From NCBI RefSeq assembly GCF_004010195.1, contig NC_057755.1, forward strand, positions 5,687,474 through 5,751,473: a DNA stretch of 64,000 nt, given 5' to 3'. Position numbers and translations under genes: made by a program. Positions within the stretch are counted from its first letter, which is position 1, and every line of letters begins with the position of its first letter. The DNA is from Chiloscyllium plagiosum (lineage: Eukaryota). Below, piece after piece: positions 1-12,070 of the stretch. Under the pieces are notes generated by a model. The model was given only the letters and a program-made list of their open reading frames with translations, was not told the origin of the DNA and ran no database searches.

Positions 1-3000
1 AGAGGTCGCCTGGAGAGCTTGTTTATTTCAGGAGTTTGTGAAGCGGCTTGCACGTGGATTACTCTGAAATAATTGTTTATGTGCGGAGCTTGTAGTGAGG
101 CCTGCACATGGAAATCTCTGGAGAGTGACTTCAAACACAGAGCTTGCGAAGTGGCCTACACATGGATGTATTTGGAGGAATTGTTTATGTACGGAGCTTA
201 TGGAGATGCCTACACATGAATGGCTCTGGAGAGATTGTTTGCATACAGAGCTTATGAAAATGCCTACACGTGGACGGCTCTGGAGAGTTTGTTTACATAA
301 AAGGTTTGTGGAGAAGCGGCCAAATGTATGGCTCTGGAGAGATTGCTTATCTATGGAGCTTGTGGAGAGGCCTATATGTGGATGGCTCTTGAGAGATTAT
401 TTATACAAGTATCTTGTTGAGAAGGGGCCAAGTGGGCGTCTCTCGATCAAATGTTTATGTACGGAGCATGTGGAAAGGAGAAAACGTGGATGGTTCTGGG
501 GAGATTGTTTATATATTGAGTTTGTGGAGAGACCTAAACATGTACGTCTTTGATGAGACTGTTTATATATGAAGCTTTTTGACAAGTTTGTACGTGCACG
601 GCTCTAGAGAGATTGCTTATGTGCAGAGTTTGTAGAAAGTCCTGCACGTGGATCACTCTGAATGGATTATTGAAATGTGGAGGTTGTGGACAGGCCTACA
701 CGTGGATGGCTCTGGGAGAGATTGTATTTTAACGGAGCTTGTGTTGAGGTCTATACATTGACAGCACTGGTGAGACTGTTTGTATGCAGAGGCTTGTGGT
801 GGGGCCTGCAAATGGGCAGCACAGGCGAGATTGGTTATACACAAAGCATTTGGAGAAGCCTACACGTTGTCTGCTCTGGATAGATTGTTTGTATACAGTG
901 CTTGTGGAGAGGCCTACACATGGACGGCTCTGGAGAGATTGGTTATATCCGGAACTTATGGTGAGACCTCCACATTTATGGTTCTGGAGAGACTGTATAA
1001 ATGCAGAGCTTATGGAAAGGCCCAAATGTATGCAGATTGAATGTATGCAGAGCTTGTGGAGAGGCCAATAAGTGGATGCTTCTGGAGAGTCTGTTTCGGG
1101 ACGAACTTTGTGGATAGCCCTATGCATAGTAGGGCCCAGAGAGATTGTTTACGTTTGGAGGTTGTGGAAAGGCCTACCCGTGGATGGATCTGGAGAGATT
1201 GTTTATGTACGGAGATTGTGGGGAAGCCTACGCATGGAGAGATTGCTTATATCCGGAACTTACGGTGAGACCTTCACATTTATGGTTCTGGAGAGACTGT
1301 ATAAATGCAGACTTATGGAAAGGCCCAAATGCCGACAGCGCTGGAGAGATTGTTTATATATGGAGCTTGTAAAGAGGCCTGCACGTGAATGGCTTTTGAG
1401 AGACTGCTCATATACGGAGTTTGTATATACGGAGAGGCCTACAAATGGACGGCTCTGGAGAAGTTGTTTAACTGTGGAGCTTGTGGAGACGTGTATACAT
1501 GAATGGATCTGGAGAGATTATTTATGTATGGAACTTTTGGAGAGTCCGGCATGTGGATCGCTCTGACTGGATTGTTTATATGTGGAGGTTGTGGTGAGGT
1601 CTACACGTGGACGGCCTGGAGAGATTGATTACATGCGGAGCTTATGGACAGGCCTAGACATGTACTTATGTCGACATTAATTATATACGGAGCATTTGAT
1701 GAGACCTATACGTGGATGGCTCTGGAGAGTTTGTTTATATATGGAGCCTGTGGAGAGGCCGACACCTGGACAGCTTTGGAAGATTGTTTATATATGGAGC
1801 TTGTGAAGAGGCCTACACGTAGACAGCCTGGAGACATTGTTTGTATACGGAGCTTGTGGAGAGACCTACACATGGACAGCCTGGAGACATTGTTTGCACA
1901 TGGACTTGTGGACAGGCCTATATGTGGACAGCCTGGAGAGATTGTTTACAACCGTAGCTTGTGAAAAGGCCTATATGTGGATTGCTCTGGAGTGTTTGTT
2001 TATGTACGGAGCTTCTGGAGACGCCGACACCTGGACGGCTCTGGAGAGACTGATTATATACGGAGATTGTTGAGAGGCCTACACATGGACGGCTCTGGAA
2101 AGATTGCTTGTAAACTGAGTTTGTGGAGAGGCCTACATCTGGACGACTCTGGAGAGATGGTTTATATACGCAGATTGCTGAGAGGCCGAAACGTGGACGG
2201 CGGCTCTAGAGTGATTGAGCATATACAGAACTTGTGCAGAATTGTTCACGTGGGTGGCTCTGGGGACATTGTATGTATATGGAGCTTGTGGAGGGGTCTA
2301 TACGTTGATGGCTCTGGAGAGACTGTTTGTATACGGAGCCTGTCAATGAGGCATATAGATAGATGCATCTGGAGAGATTGTTTATATACAGAGCTTCTGG
2401 AGAGTCCTACACATGTACGGCTCCGGAGAGGTCGTTTATCGATGGAGATTGTGGACAGACATAGACGTAGTCCACTGGAGAGAATGACTATAAATGGAGC
2501 TTGTGGTGAGGACTACACGTAGGCGCATCATGAGTGATTGTTTGTATACAGTGCTTTGAAGATGTCTACACATGGACGGGTCTGGAGGGTTTGTTTCCCT
2601 ATGGAGATTGTGGAGAGACCTAGACCTGGACGTCTGGACAGATTGATTATATACTGAGTTTGCAGAGAGGATGACACGTGGACACCTCTGGAATGAATGT
2701 GTATGTACAGAACTTGTGCAGAAGCGTTCACATGGATGGCTCTGGCGATATTGTATATATACGGAGCTTGTGTAGAGGCCTACATGTGGATGGCTCTGGA
2801 GAGATTGTTTATAGGTACGGATCTTGTGGAGGGGCCTATACATGGATGGCTCAGGAGAGATTGTTTATGTACAGAGCTTGTGGATTGGCCTACACGTTGA
2901 TGGATCAGGACAGATTGTTTATATGCAGAGCTTGAGGACAGGCCGACATGTGAATGGCTCTGGAGAGATTCTTTGATTCTGGACAGTGTGAAGAGGGTTA

Positions 3001-3070
3001 TACGTGGACGACGCTGGAGAGATTGTTAAGATTCGGAGCTTATGCAGAGGTCTACATGTGGATGGCTCTG
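1..3070. repeat. Diverged tandem array, 54-bp unit (consensus ~GGCTCTGGAGAGATTGTTTATGTACGGAGCTTGTGGAGAGGCCTACACGTGGAT), runs off the left edge
   Basis: GGCTCTGGAGAGATTG recurs at 54-bp spacing. The ORF track shows 18-aa periodic peptides (WLWRDCLYTELVERPTRG). Confidence 0.95.
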
Positions 3071-3479
3071 AAAACATTATTTTAAATTCAGAAACCGAAA
3101 GCTGAATGCTGGATTATTTGTGGATTTTTTAAACCATTTTTCAGATTAGACCTTGCTTAATTTTTGATATTAATATTACTTTTCTTGTTTTTTGCTTGCT
3201 CTGTATTAATTCTGTGGTTTAGGAAAGGTGGTTTATGTTTAGATATAGCGTACTATTGAGGGCTTCTTCATTTTTGACTTAATATAGTTGACACAGAGTG
3301 TGATGACGAGCAGATTTAGAGATGTGATTACACAGCAGGCTCAGTCCATTGGATGATTGACTATTAGGAAAGGGAAATGGGAAGTTCAGATGCTCCTGCA
3401 TCTATTCCTCTGTCCGTTCTGTTTCAGGTGCTGTTGAAAGAGATAGTGTCTCAGAGGTAAGTAGAAGTAGTGGCTAGAT

Positions 3480-6165
3480 GTTGGGCATTAAGAATGAATC
3501 TGATGTTCAATGGGTTTTTCAAGATTTAAAAGAATAATTGTTATCATGGGCTCTGCTGTCAGGGGCACAGGCAGGAGCTTATGCAGCAGTGAGTGCGAAT
3601 CTAGGAGAATGTGTTGCTTTTCTGCTGCCAGGGTGAAGGAGTTCTCAAAACATGTGAAGCAGATAGTCAAAGGGGAGAGAGGGAAGCTGGACGTTATTGC
3701 ATACATTGGGAGAAATTGCATATTCAGGGAATGGGTTAAAATTTTGCAGAATGAGTCTAAGAGGTAAGGTAGAAGGTTAAAATGCAGAACATAACCAATA
3801 ATAATCTCCGGTTTACTTCTGAAGTCAAGTTCTAATGAGGGAAGGAATAAAAGGAGAGGACAGATAAATTACTGGCTGAACAGCTGGTGCAATGTGCAGG
3901 GATTACATTTCTTGAATCATCTGGGATATTGTTTGGGTCAGAATAGATCTGTTCAAAAAGGTGTGTTTTGCCTGAACTGGAAAGGGACAGATGTCCTGAT
4001 GGGGAGAACAAATTGTTCTTTTTTGAGAGCCTGTAAAATGTTACAGAAGGGGGCGCGGCTTCCAAAATAACAGTGAAAATAGAAATAAATTTGAGGATTG
4101 GTCTGAATCAGAAAAGGGCAAGATAATTAGGGAAAAACAGACAGGAGCAAGACAGAGAACCAAATTATTCTGACAAATTAAACAGGGTTTCCTTCAATGC
4201 AAGAGGTCTTACAGATCTGGCTGATGAACTCAGGGCATGTATGAAACATGGGCATGGGCTGTTGTAGTTATTACGGAAAGCTGGTTAAGGGCAGGACAAG
4301 ACAGGCTGCCCAATGTTACGGGTTTTAGATGTTAATGGAAGGAGAGTAAGATTGGCTAGACAGGAGGGTAAGTGGTATTTTTGATTCAGGAAAACATTCC
4401 TACTGTACTTAACGTAGCTATTACTGAGGGTCCATTTGGTGAAAATATATGCTTTGAAATTAGAAATAAGAAAGGGATGGTTTCTTCATGAGATTGGACT
4501 ATCGGCATCCCCAAAAGTCAGAAGGAAATTCAGAAACAAATATTTCGAGCTCTCAAATATATGTAAGAATAATAAGATTGTAAGAGTAGGGGATTTTAAT
4601 TTCCCAAACATTGACTGGGACTGCCATAGTGTTAAAGGTTCAGGTCATGATGAATTTCCGAAATTTATTCAAGAAATTTTTCTTTACCAATTCATTAATT
4701 TTCCAACTGGAGTCTGAGCAAAACTTGAACCGCATAGAATCCCCACAGTGTGGAAACAGGTCATTCTGCCTAACAAGTCCACAATAAACATTGGAAGAGG
4801 ATTCCACCTGGACCAATGCCACTATCCTATATTCCCCATGTCTAGCACACCTCACCTAGAGATCCCTAGATGCTATGGTGTAATGGCCAACCAACCTAAC
4901 TTGCACATTTTTGGACTGTGAAAGAAAACCAGAGCATCTGGATGAAACTCAAAGAGACACAGGGAGCATCTGCAAACTCAACGGTGTCCATCGCTGCAGG
5001 GTCTCTCCTACATTGAGGCAACAGTGTGAATCACTGAGCCACTACGGCAGCTTTCAGGAAATAAAGCAAGGCAAATGACTGAAGTGTTAGTAGGGGAACA
5101 CTTTAGCACGAGCGATCATCATCCTATCAGTTTAAAAACAGTTCTGGAAATGGGTCAGTCTTCCGCAAAAGTTAGAGATCGTACTTGGAATACGTCACAT
5201 TTTAAGGGTGTAAAAAGTGAGCTTTGAAACGTTGATTGGAATAAACTGTTGTCAAATGGGACCCCTTCACTTGTGCGATAATGAGAGTTCAGAAGTATAA
5301 TATTGTTGCTGGGGTGACAGGCAAAGCTGGTAAGATTAGGAAGCAATGGATGAATACAGTTATTTAAGTTCTTGTCAAGAATAAAAAGGAATCATCTATT
5401 AGCTACAGACAATTCGGATCAACTGAATCTCTCGACGAGTTTAAAGAGTTTAGCGGTACTCTTAAGAAGGACTCAGGAAGGCAAAGACGGGATGAAATAC
5501 TATTGCCAGATAAGGGTAAAGATAATTTTTAAAAATAAAGACTACAAATCCATTAAGAGCAAGAGATCAAATTGAGAGAGAAAATGCCCCTCTTATAATC
5601 AGTGAGGTTTAATTTGCATTGAACTTGAGGTGATGGGACGGATATTAAATGAATATATTGTGTCAGTTGTGGCTGTTGAGAAAGAAATGGGTATTAAACA
5701 TCTCAGGGAAATAAACATTGAAGTTTTGATAACAGTTTACATGATGGAAGAAGACGTGCAAGAGGTCTGAGAAAATATAAAAGTAGGACCTGATCAAGAC
5801 TATCCCAGATCATTTTAGGAATTTAGGGAGGAAATTGAGAGGCCCCTAATAAAAATGCTTGTATTATCTACAAACACGAGCAAAGTACCGAAGGACTGGA
5901 GGGTGAAGAAGGTTAAAAGGGAGCTGAGGTGTAGCTTTCTCAGAGTTAGTGCGTGTATGGAATGAGCTGCCAGAGGAATTGGTGGAGGCTGGTACAATTA
6001 CAGCATTTAAAAGGCATCTGGATGGGTATATGAATAAAAAAGGGTTTCGTGGGATATGGGCCAAATGCTGGCAAATGGCATCAGATTAAATCAGGATATC
6101 TGGTTGGTGTGGATAAGTTGGTTCTCTGGGCCTGTTTCCATGGCGTACAACTCTGTGTCTCTCGA
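3480..6165 (+). mobile_element. Decayed CR1 LINE: ORF1 SGNH-esterase-like remnant, ORF2 endonuclease, RT largely deleted near 5905, 3' end
   Basis: 3510-3767 resembles CR1 ORF1 esterase (GSAVRGT..MCC..ARV..V..IGRN). FNARGL..ADELRA at ~4190 and VGDFNFPNIDW at ~4590 mark the endonuclease. After PKDWRV the sequence jumps directly to the WNELP 3' region. Confidence 0.85.
4733..5050 (-). mobile_element. tRNA-derived SINE (HE1-like) inserted into the CR1 endonuclease
   Basis: CR1-type tail (catagaatccccacagtgtggaaacagg) and body similar to the SINE at 50337-50643. CR1 sequence resumes at 5051. Confidence 0.8.
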
Positions 6166-6394
6166 AACGTAATTAAAAAGACACTTATCATATCAACTTA
6201 CATCGATTTGGTGTTGACCCCTTGAAGGTGATATTAGGTCATTTGGCAATAACTTTTTCCAGGAGGTAAGTTTTAAAGAGCCTCTTAATTCGAAGAAGGA
6301 GCTGGGTAATCGGATGGACTGAAAGAGGGAGTCCAGTTGTGTACACAGCTCAGTATTGTTCCCACTGTCAGAGTTCGTGTTGAATCTGGCTTTC

Positions 6395-7490
6395 TTCCCT
6401 GCCATTTCACTTTGGCCGTGCATGATTTGGATGTGAACATAGGAGTCGACAGTGTGGCGCTGGAAAAGCACAGTAGGTCAGTTAGAATCCGAGGAGCTGG
6501 AGATTCGATATTTCAGGCAAAAGCGCTCTATCAGGAATTTGCCTGAACTTAGGAGTTGTAGTTAGCAAGTTTGCAGATGACGCCAAAATAAGAAGTGTAG
6601 TGGACAGCAAAGAAAGTTACCTCAGAGTACAAGTGGATCTTAATCAGATGGCCCAATGGGCTGTGGAGTGGAGTTCAATTTCAATAAATGTAAGGTGCTG
6701 CATTTTAGAAAGGCAAATTAGAGAAAGTCTTAATGGTAAGGTCCGAGGGAATCTTGCTGAACACAGAGACCTTATAGTGCAAGTTCACTATTGCTTGAAA
6801 GTGAAGTCGCAGGTAGATAGAATAGTAAAGAAGGTTTTTGGTATGCTTTAATTTAGTGGTCAGAGTTTTGAGTACAGGAGTTGGGAGGCCATGTTGCGGC
6901 TGTACATGACATTGGTTAGGCCACTGTTGAAATATGGCGTGCAATTCTGGTCTCCTTCCTATCGGAAGGTTGTTGTGAAACTTGAAAGCGTTCAGAAAAG
7001 ATTTTCAAGGTTGTTGTCATGATTGTAGGATTTGAGCTACAGGGAGAGGCTGAACAGGCTGGGGCTGTTTTCCCTGGAGCATCAGAGGCTGAGGGGTAAC
7101 CTTATCGAGGTTTATACAATCATGAAGAGCATAGATAGGATAAATAGACAAAGTCTTTTCCTCGGGGTGCGGAAGTCCAGAACTAGAGGGCATATGTTTA
7201 GAACGGGAGGAAAAAAATTATAAGGGACCTCCGGGGTAACCTTTTCATGCAAAGGGCGGTACGTGTATGGAATGAGCTGTCAGAGGAAGTGGTGGAGGCT
7301 AGTACAATTACAACATTTAAAACACATCTTGATTTGACGATATATGAATAGAAAGGGTTTAGAGGGATATGGGCCAAGAGCTGGCAAATGGGACTAGATT
7401 ATGTTATGATAACTGGTCGACATGGATGGATTGGACGAAATGGTCTTTTTCCGTGGTGTTCATCTCTTTGGCTCTATGAATATATGACTT
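6395..7490 (+). mobile_element. 5'-truncated CR1 LINE (RT C-terminal half and 3' UTR)
   Basis: DLDVNIG..SKFADD, then MSYRERLNRLGLFSLE and WNELS, ending in a ctatga-type tail. Confidence 0.9.
6446..6543 (-). mobile_element. Penelope-like 3' terminal fragment with decayed hammerhead motif, inserted in CR1
   Basis: Homologous to 30236-30331. Flanked by the near-duplicate tgaacataggag/tgaacttaggag. Confidence 0.7.
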
Positions 7491-8080
7491 ATTTCTATGC
7501 AATCCGTCATTTCTTTGACTATCACATAAGCTGGTAATAATACAGCACAGCAGAATATTTCACACTTGCATAAATTGATACCAGTCCAAAAAAAAAACAA
7601 ATAAATCTATGAGTGACTTTGAAACATTTTGCATCGACGAGTGAGAATGTAAACTTAAAATTTTGGAGGACAACATGCATGTGTAGGTGACAGTGGTCAG
7701 TGGATGGTCAGGAAATGGAATTTGTTGAAAAAACAAACCAGGAATTTGGAAGAAATTTGGACAAAGTAAATGTGTGGAGTTGGCGCTGGAATACAAGGTC
7801 CAGAGTTAACAATGGAATGATTGACCGTTTCCCTGATGATGAGCTGTGAGGCAGGGGTATTCGTTTAGGAGCTGGTTTACAGAGAGAAAAAAATCACCTT
7901 GGTGATGATACAGATTGAACTGACAAAAATGCATTTGTAATCAAAAGATGGAGTTCAAACTTCTCGTGTTTTTACTTTGGTGAAAATGTGTGGATCAGAG
8001 AATTCCATAAGGAAGAGTGAACAGGAGCCTAACATTATTGTTCACCCTGCAGTGAATGATGGTCCTTTCCTCCAGGAATT

Positions 8081-8086
8081 TTTATT
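8081..8086 (-). promoter_or_regulatory. Candidate polyadenylation signal (AATAAA) of the intact GPCR gene
   Basis: TTTATT on the + strand, about 280 nt downstream of the stop codon. Confidence 0.35.
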
Positions 8087-8362
8087 GTATCCGGGTCACT
8101 TGCTGTGAACTGCTTGCTCAGAATGAGTTGTTTTTGGCCCCTAATTCCTCTTTTGGTTATGTTTTTGTTCAGCTTTCTACTGACTGTTGTTCCTTGCTAA
8201 CAACACTCTGCACTGGCTTTACTCCCGCCGTCTCTTTCATGTTGTTCCACTGCCCATTTGAAAAGGAGTGATATCATGTTGCTGCTCCTCCTTCTCCATT
8301 TGGGCCATTCCTCAAGTGGACTCCTCATTCCATTGTCTACTACAGCTAATGTTGGCTCTCAG

Positions 8363-9243
8363 TTACATGGATTTATTCACCAATTGAATTATTTTTATAA
8401 CTGGATATTTCACTGCATACTTTAACTGATCTCTGAAATCTTTCTGTGTCACCACATAAATAACTGCATTGGTGCAGCAACTGAGGTTCCGCAGCATATA
8501 TGCAACTTGTTCAAAGAGATCAAAATCATCCACGTATTTACCGATACCATATATGTATATGATATACACCAACCAGAGCAATATGAAGCTGACAGACATA
8601 GCAAACAGTAAAGTCACAGATTTCTTTCTGCACTTTATCTCTGGGTCATTCTCTGTTTTTTTATGACCTCTCAGTCCCTTACGTGCCTTATTGGCCTCGA
8701 AGATGTGTCTGACTGTCAGAATATTAAGAAAGAGAATCGAAATGAATGGAAGAAGAATTCTTAAAAATGATTCAATATATCTATAACTCACCCACAAAGG
8801 GTCATTGAAGTAACTTTTTCTGGTGTAACAGTACAATGGAACATTGTTGATAATCCTTCCAGGTCGAAGTCGAAAATATTTCGGAATGTTCTTTACAGAA
8901 AAGAAAATGCAGATTGTTGCCAGAACGCTCTTTGCAGTTTTCACTGTGCAATACTGAGATTTCATCTGATGAAAACAAATGGCGACAAATCGATCAAAAG
9001 AAAAAGCAACAGTGAACCAGACAGAACAATCAATTGTGACGTCAATCAGGACCCAGATAACATTACAAACAGGAGTGATGTCCAGGAAACACCGTGGATA
9101 ATAATAGTATCTAAATCGATGAAGTATGACATCAAAAATAATAAACAGTAGATCAGATACAGCCATTGCGACCAGATAGCTAGTGGTGCATGTTGAAAGA
9201 CCACACTTGTCCCCAGATAAGAATACAATCACCACTAGACTAA
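8363..9243 (-). CDS. GPR139/GPR142-like class A GPCR, exon 2 (end of TM1 to C-terminus)
   Basis: Open frame containing MAVSDLL (TM2), CSVWFTVAFSFDRFVAIC (TM3, DRF), LPFISILFLN (TM5), FILLWL (TM6) and CCTNAVIY (TM7). Acceptor ctttctttctcttacag precedes 9243 (phase 1). Confidence 0.93.
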
Positions 9244-10244
9244 CTGTAAGAGAAAGAAAGATAAAAAAGACATAAAGTTACTGATGAAATAATCTCTGTG
9301 CCTGATGGTTTTAGCACAACGATGTTTGCATGTCATATCGCCCAAAACATTACAGTTATCACTGTCAAATGAATTATGTTCACTTTTAAAAACATGTAGG
9401 AAATTACATGAGGATCAAATGACTCCTAGAAACTTGATTATGTACTCAATATTTTTGGAGTAATCAGAAATTAGTTTCTTTTGCTTTACAGATTACTCTG
9501 ACTGCTTGAGTTGCTCATGAAACAACAACCATCCAAATAAATCCATCCGGGATCAATGAAAAAGAGGAAACACCAAACACGGACATCGAGTACAAAATTC
9601 CTGCACACGGTGGTGGAGTCTCCACAGCTCAGATTTCTTCCAGAATTGCACGTCCACATTGTGTAATTATGGTGCAGGGCAGTGAATCCTTCCAGTGTCC
9701 AGGAATGGATGCACTCTCCAAAGCGAATGAAGAAATGATAAGGCATTGAACCGGTACTCCTCCCTGCTTCCCCACTTTTACAGGATCGAACATAATGACA
9801 ATCTGAAATATGGAAATTTTCAGCAGGGAATCCAACCATCATGACCCAGTTTGGATACACACTCCAAGCAGAAGAATGCTAATATTGTATTTGGTACGGA
9901 CTCCCCCCACAATGTAAAATATTGCACAGCACAGTCTCCACTCAAATAAAATCTGAATTGATGCAGCTTTGATCATTGCAAATTTCCGGTTTGGAAATCA
10001 TGTGAAGAAGCAAAGTTTCCTGCCTGATTTCCAGGCTCCTGCAGTTCTCCTTGTGAACAGAAATCCTCCTCCCAGATTTGGAGCAGAAGCTCCGGCTGGG
10101 AATCTCCAGAGTGTAAGCAGCATTCTCCATGGAGGTCACCAGAATTGTGCCCTAGCTTGTTCTGAGAGACCAATACATTGCACCATTGCTTGGTATCAGA
10201 GACTGCTTTTGTGGATTCAGTCCAATGCTGAACATTCAGGGGGA

Positions 10245-10410
10245 TGATAGGAGAAAATGAGGACTGCAAATGCAGGAGATCAGAGTCGAGAGTGTGGTGG
10301 TAGAAAAACACAGCATTCCTGATGAAGGGCTTATGCCCAAAATATCGATTCTCCTTTTCCTCAGATGCTGCCTGACCTGCTGTGCTTTTCCAGCATCACA
10401 CTGTCGACTA
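10245..10410 (+). mobile_element. Penelope-like terminal fragment with inverted arms and CpG-decayed hammerhead motif
   Basis: Arms agtcgagagtgtggtggtagaaaaacacagca / tgctgtgcttttccagcatcacactgtcgact surround CTGATGA-A-GGGC-TTAT-GCCC-AAAATATC. Confidence 0.8.
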
Positions 10411-10429
10411 AATGTCTACTTTGGCTGAC

Positions 10430-10690
10430 AATGAAATTTGAGGTCAATAAAAATGTGGACTTAACAGTCTAATTGTAACCATTAAACTGTTGTTAACTGT
10501 TATGAAAAAAGCCACTTCCCTTGACAAAAGTCCCTTAGAGAAGGTAATCTTTCGTCCTAACATGGCCTGACCTACAAGTGACTCCAAACGCATGACAATC
10601 TGGTGACTCCTACACGCCCTCTGAGCAATTTCAGTATGGGGGGGTGGCCGAGGCAGTGACACCCACATCCATTGAATGAACAAAAGAAAA
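10430..10690 (+). mobile_element. Old SINE fragment with an L2/CR1-type tail, in the GPCR intron
   Basis: Ends ...gacacccacatccattgaatgaacaaaagaaaa, matching the inverted LINE tail at ~34185-34215. Confidence 0.55.
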
Positions 10691-11134
10691 TGGAGATCCC
10701 CCATACATACCTAACTTCCTAGAATAGACAACTTTTTACAGCATCCCATTGAAATGAATATCCCAACTCTAAGTTGCTTGTCACAAATATGCATCGCCCA
10801 AAACTGACCCACGTTTGAAGATAAGAGATCCTTCACTTGATTCATAACAGTTTTCTGCAGTAGGGAACGCCAACACATAGACCTGTTCCCAGCACAGACA
10901 ACTGAGGCAAAAAGGGCTGTCTTTTGACTTTGATACTCACGAGAGTTCGGAAATTCCTTGCGATAATGGACGCCATGAATTCAGTAAGACCTCAACACCA
11001 AGCATCCAAACTTTCACTTTGAATGTTTCTCCTGTTCTGTGTGTACAGGAAAATCCCGTCGACACTAACCCCCTTTGGGTTCACAGGTGTCTTCTTGCAG
11101 AGACGGTAACAGTGATCATTTCTAAATGTAAGCT

Positions 11135-12070
11135 TTAGTCAGGCCAATATTGATTGCCCAGCTCTAGTCGCCATTTTGATGCTACTGGAAGTCTGCCTTT
11201 TTGAATATCTGTAACGCCTGCGGTGCAGTAAATTCCACGGTGTTTTCAGAGGGGAGTTGCAGAAATATTACCCAGCAACGGTGATGATACAAACATATAC
11301 TGTATTTTGAAGTCGGAATGAAATTTATTTTGAGAGGGAACTTGCATTTGGCAGTGTTTCTGTTCACCTGAACCCCTTGATCATGGGCCATGAGTTTATG
11401 AGGTGTTGTTGAAAGAGAGTTGGGGTGTTCCTAGTTTGCATCTTGTAGGTGGTATCCATTTCTGGTCATGCATTGGTGAAGAGTGTGAGTACTGAATGTG
11501 GTGATTGTTTGTTTGTACTGCACAATGAGGAGCTCCGTGAATGTTGCACTCAGCTAGATTCATGGAGAGCATTCCATCCCATCTCTGAGCTCTGCTTTCT
11601 GGGTGGAGGGCATGGATTGGAGAGGGAGGCAGGCAGCGTATTGCTACAGGAATCAGGTTGTCTGACATGCAGCAGTTTTATGGCCAGACTGGTTCATTCT
11701 CTTGTCAATGGTTGGCTCAGGTCATGCAGTCAGTCATGGTAATGTCGTAGTAAGCCAATGGGAGATTGGTCGGGATGGTCGTTACCTGGTGCTTTCAAAT
11801 GTGAATGTTACTTTCAAATTGTCAGTCCAAGTTTGATGTAACCTCACTGTATATGGACACAGATGTCTTCATTATCTAAGGAGTTGTAAATGGTGCTGAA
11901 CATTGCAGCACCATGCGCTAACCTCTTCACCTCAGAAATAATGACAGAGGGAAGGTTAGAGATGAGGCATTTTTTTTATTCTGGTGTCTGGGACAACATT
12001 CTGAAGAATTCCTGCAGATATGTAAGATGACTGCGGTGATTGACCTCCATCAGTCATAACTGTCTTCCCC
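11135..12070 (-). mobile_element. Decayed L2/CR1-like LINE 3' portion, in the GPCR intron
   Basis: Similar to 34185-34730 and to the reverse complement of 45500-46550. Confidence 0.6.

Noticed and set aside
95..2935. Many overlapping Cys/Trp-rich ORFs with 18-aa periodicity
   Set aside because: Translations of the 54-bp satellite. They are open in several frames, broken by stops and indels, and show no gene structure.
9486..10245. Intronic ORFs of 65-124 aa
   Set aside because: No recognisable domain or splice structure. Likely chance ORFs or very old repeat debris.
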